37,102 nucleotides of DNA, taken from NCBI RefSeq assembly GCF_006345805.1, contig NW_021836821.1, positions 1 to 37,102 of the forward strand, written 5' to 3'. Positions 34,670-37,102 of the stretch are shown piece after piece. Position numbers and translations under genes: made by a program. Source of the DNA: Octopus sinensis (lineage: Eukaryota). How positions within the stretch are numbered: position 1 is the stretch's first letter; every line of letters starts with the position of its first letter. The notes below the pieces were generated by a model. That model had not been told where the DNA came from, did not search any database, and saw only the letters and a list, made by a program, of their open reading frames with translations.

Positions 34670-36110
34670 AAAAAACCTATTTCGCTGAATGGAGACAGGA
34701 TATATTTTTCCTTTTTTAAATTAATTTTTTTCCATACGCTTCTTCAGTACACAACTCACATCTTTTGTTGGAGATTTTACATGAATTTGAAAAACTAACA
34801 ATCTCCCATTTGATATTAAATTCAACGTGATTATCCTTTAATTCCCATATGAACTTATTTAAACCGGTAGAATTAAATTTTTGTCTATTTTTAAAGCTAT
34901 GTATATGGTTAGTTACCCTAATATTAATTCTATTTTCTGTTGACCCTATATAATAGAATTTCTTTCCTTGAAATTCAACTATACATTGGTAGACTAAGTT
35001 ATCTTTATTACATAATTTTTAAAATTTACAATTAATTTTAACTTTACAGTCGCAAGTTTCAGTTACATCTTTATGTATAGATTTATTCGAAGTATTATTA
35101 GGAAAGGAATGAATACGGGTTATTTCTCTTCTATCATTAAGGTATTTATGACCGTTAGCATTATTATTTAGGTTTTGGAGATTTAGTTGGTGTTGAGGTG
35201 AATTATTGTATTGGATATATCTATTACTGCAGAAATTGTCTAATTTTTTGTTGTTAATAGATGATATAATCATGAACAGGTTACGAATTAAACTAAACCC
35301 AACTCTGGCATGTTTATAATTAATAATTTCCCTATATATATTATCTCGTTAAAATATTTATAGACTTGTATATAAATTTGATTAAATTACTTTTGATTTG
35401 CATAGAATATAGAATGACAAACCAAATCGTATTAGATTCTTTCGATTTATTTTTAGAGAGATTATAATCTATCGTTGATTTAGTAAAATTTATGGAAGGG
35501 GTATATGGTTTATTTTTCTATTATAAATATTATGTGGATTATCAATGGTGTGAGTATTCAAGGGAATAATCGGTTTATCATTATCACCCGATTTATTATT
35601 TACGTGTTTGTCACTATAAGAATAATTATAATTATTTATCAGTTGCATATTATTTATATTAGATTTATATTTGTTTTTTTCTATATTGTGTTTTCTATTT
35701 CGAGGTTGATGTTTATTTATTTCGAGTTTATTATTATTACCACTTACTAGTTTATTATTAGATGATTTATTAATCCTACGTTTGTTTTTACTGATAGGTT
35801 TAGCTTTGACTGAATAAGCAGTCTTTCAAGTTTTAGTTCCTGTCCTATCATATATATAATTTTATCATTTGGTGGACGGTATTTTATCTTGTCTATATAT
35901 CCAGCTTTAGATAGAGCTATGTTGTAATAATCTGCATGTTTCATATATATTTTTTCATTAGATGATAGATGTGATGTTCTTTTTTCCTATGTTGGAGATT
36001 AACGTATTTTTAATTGATCCTGGATGATTACTTAGGAAATTAATATAGCTTAAATCAGTATTTAATTTATGAATTAATACTTTTAAGGTATATCTTTACT
36101 CTTGATGATA
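34670..36110 (-). mobile_element. Second Naiad-like Penelope element, 5'-truncated and degenerate (RT thumb to GIY-YIG)
   Basis: Minus: YINFLSNHPGSIK..LSSNEKIY..YYNIALSKAGY..IKY; NTIWFV; CDCKVKINC; NLVYQC..YYIGST..RVTNH; IWELKD..IKWEIV; CELCTEE; SCLHSAK*. Confidence 0.88.
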
Positions 36111-36176
36111 TTTTTCTCATCAGGGGAATTTATATATACATACACACATACATATATATAAATATATAATATAATA

Positions 36177-36207
<31 letters not shown>

Positions 36208-36237
36208 ATATATATATAGATATATATATATATATAT

Positions 36238-36390
36238 ATACGATGCTGCTTTTCAGTTTCACCTAGCATGGTAGAAAAGAAACAAGTCGTGGTCGGATCG
36301 GGGCTATTGTAGAAAATATTGCCAATATCCACGCAGTGAGACTGAACTCAAGATTCATATGGTTGTGAAGCAAGCTTTTCAACACACATC
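36238..36390 (-). mobile_element. SINE family B head, degenerate
   Basis: tttcagtttc..gggctattgtagaaaatattgcc..acgcagtgagactgaactc..atatggttgtgaagcaagctt. Confidence 0.65.
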
Positions 36391-37102
36391 CCCGCGGGCT
36401 CAAGATGCACACAGATGGACGAAACAGCTTTACATGCGCTCATACAGCTCGTGCGTACATACTTGTGTGTGTGTGGGTTTATGTACTTGTGTGTATGAAT
36501 GTGTGTGTGTGTTTGCTTGTGTGTGTGGGCTTATGTACTTGTGTGCATGAATGTGGGTGTGTGTGTTTGCTTGTGGTGCGTGGGCGTGTGTGTATTTCGT
36601 AAATAGTGGTCAAAAATGGGCACAAATAGAGGGCAAAATAGAAGACTTAAAACATAAATAGATAGCTATATAGATAGATAAGAGAGGAGAGGGGGAGAGA
36701 GAGAGAAAGGGGAGAGAGAGAAAGAGGAGAGAGAAACTTGTGTTCTTTTCTGTGGTGGTGATGGTGGTGTTGGTTGTAGTGAGGGTGGTTGGTGTGGTGG
36801 TGATGGAGCTCGGTGTTGTGATGAGGAAGAGGAAGAAACAAGGGAACACAAAGCAGGCAAAATGTCATAACAAGTAAAGAAGCCAATGAAAGAAAGAATA
36901 AAGCTAATAAAAGAAAAGTGTGAGTGTGTGAGTGTGTGAGTATACGTGGGTGTGTGTTGTGTTGTGTGTGTGTGTGTGTGTGGAGGGACTGGTACCAAAA
37001 TGTTCTGTGTTTCCCTCTCCTCCTCTCCTTCCTTCGCAATATCTTGAAACATAACCAGAAAAATGATGTAAAATTTGAGGCTAAAAGAGAGGTTAAGTAA
37101 AT

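Overview
Eukaryotic, AT-rich, microsatellite-saturated DNA. The SINE families and repeat landscape suggest a cephalopod, most likely Octopus (inferred, not verified). No host protein-coding gene can be supported; most ORF-track entries are microsatellite translations. The window is a mobile-element graveyard. It holds three Penelope-like element (PLE) coding remnants with GIY-YIG endonuclease, two solo PLE terminal repeats, and four hammerhead-ribozyme (HHR) motifs. It also holds a 5'-truncated CR1-type LINE, two R4/Dong-type LINE fragments, a 400-bp non-autonomous Helitron and many copies of three tRNA-derived SINE families. Notable items: a type I hammerhead with an unusually long helix II (6939-7023); minimal hammerheads with non-canonical cores; two abutting (TA)n-centred palindromes (9289-10853), which may be real fold-back duplications or a long-read artefact; a 16 x 34-bp minisatellite derived from a SINE segment; a covarying 3' hairpin shared by the CR1 LINE and a SINE; and a SINE head carrying two different tails. 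Family names come from recalled motifs, not database searches. Most element boundaries are approximate.
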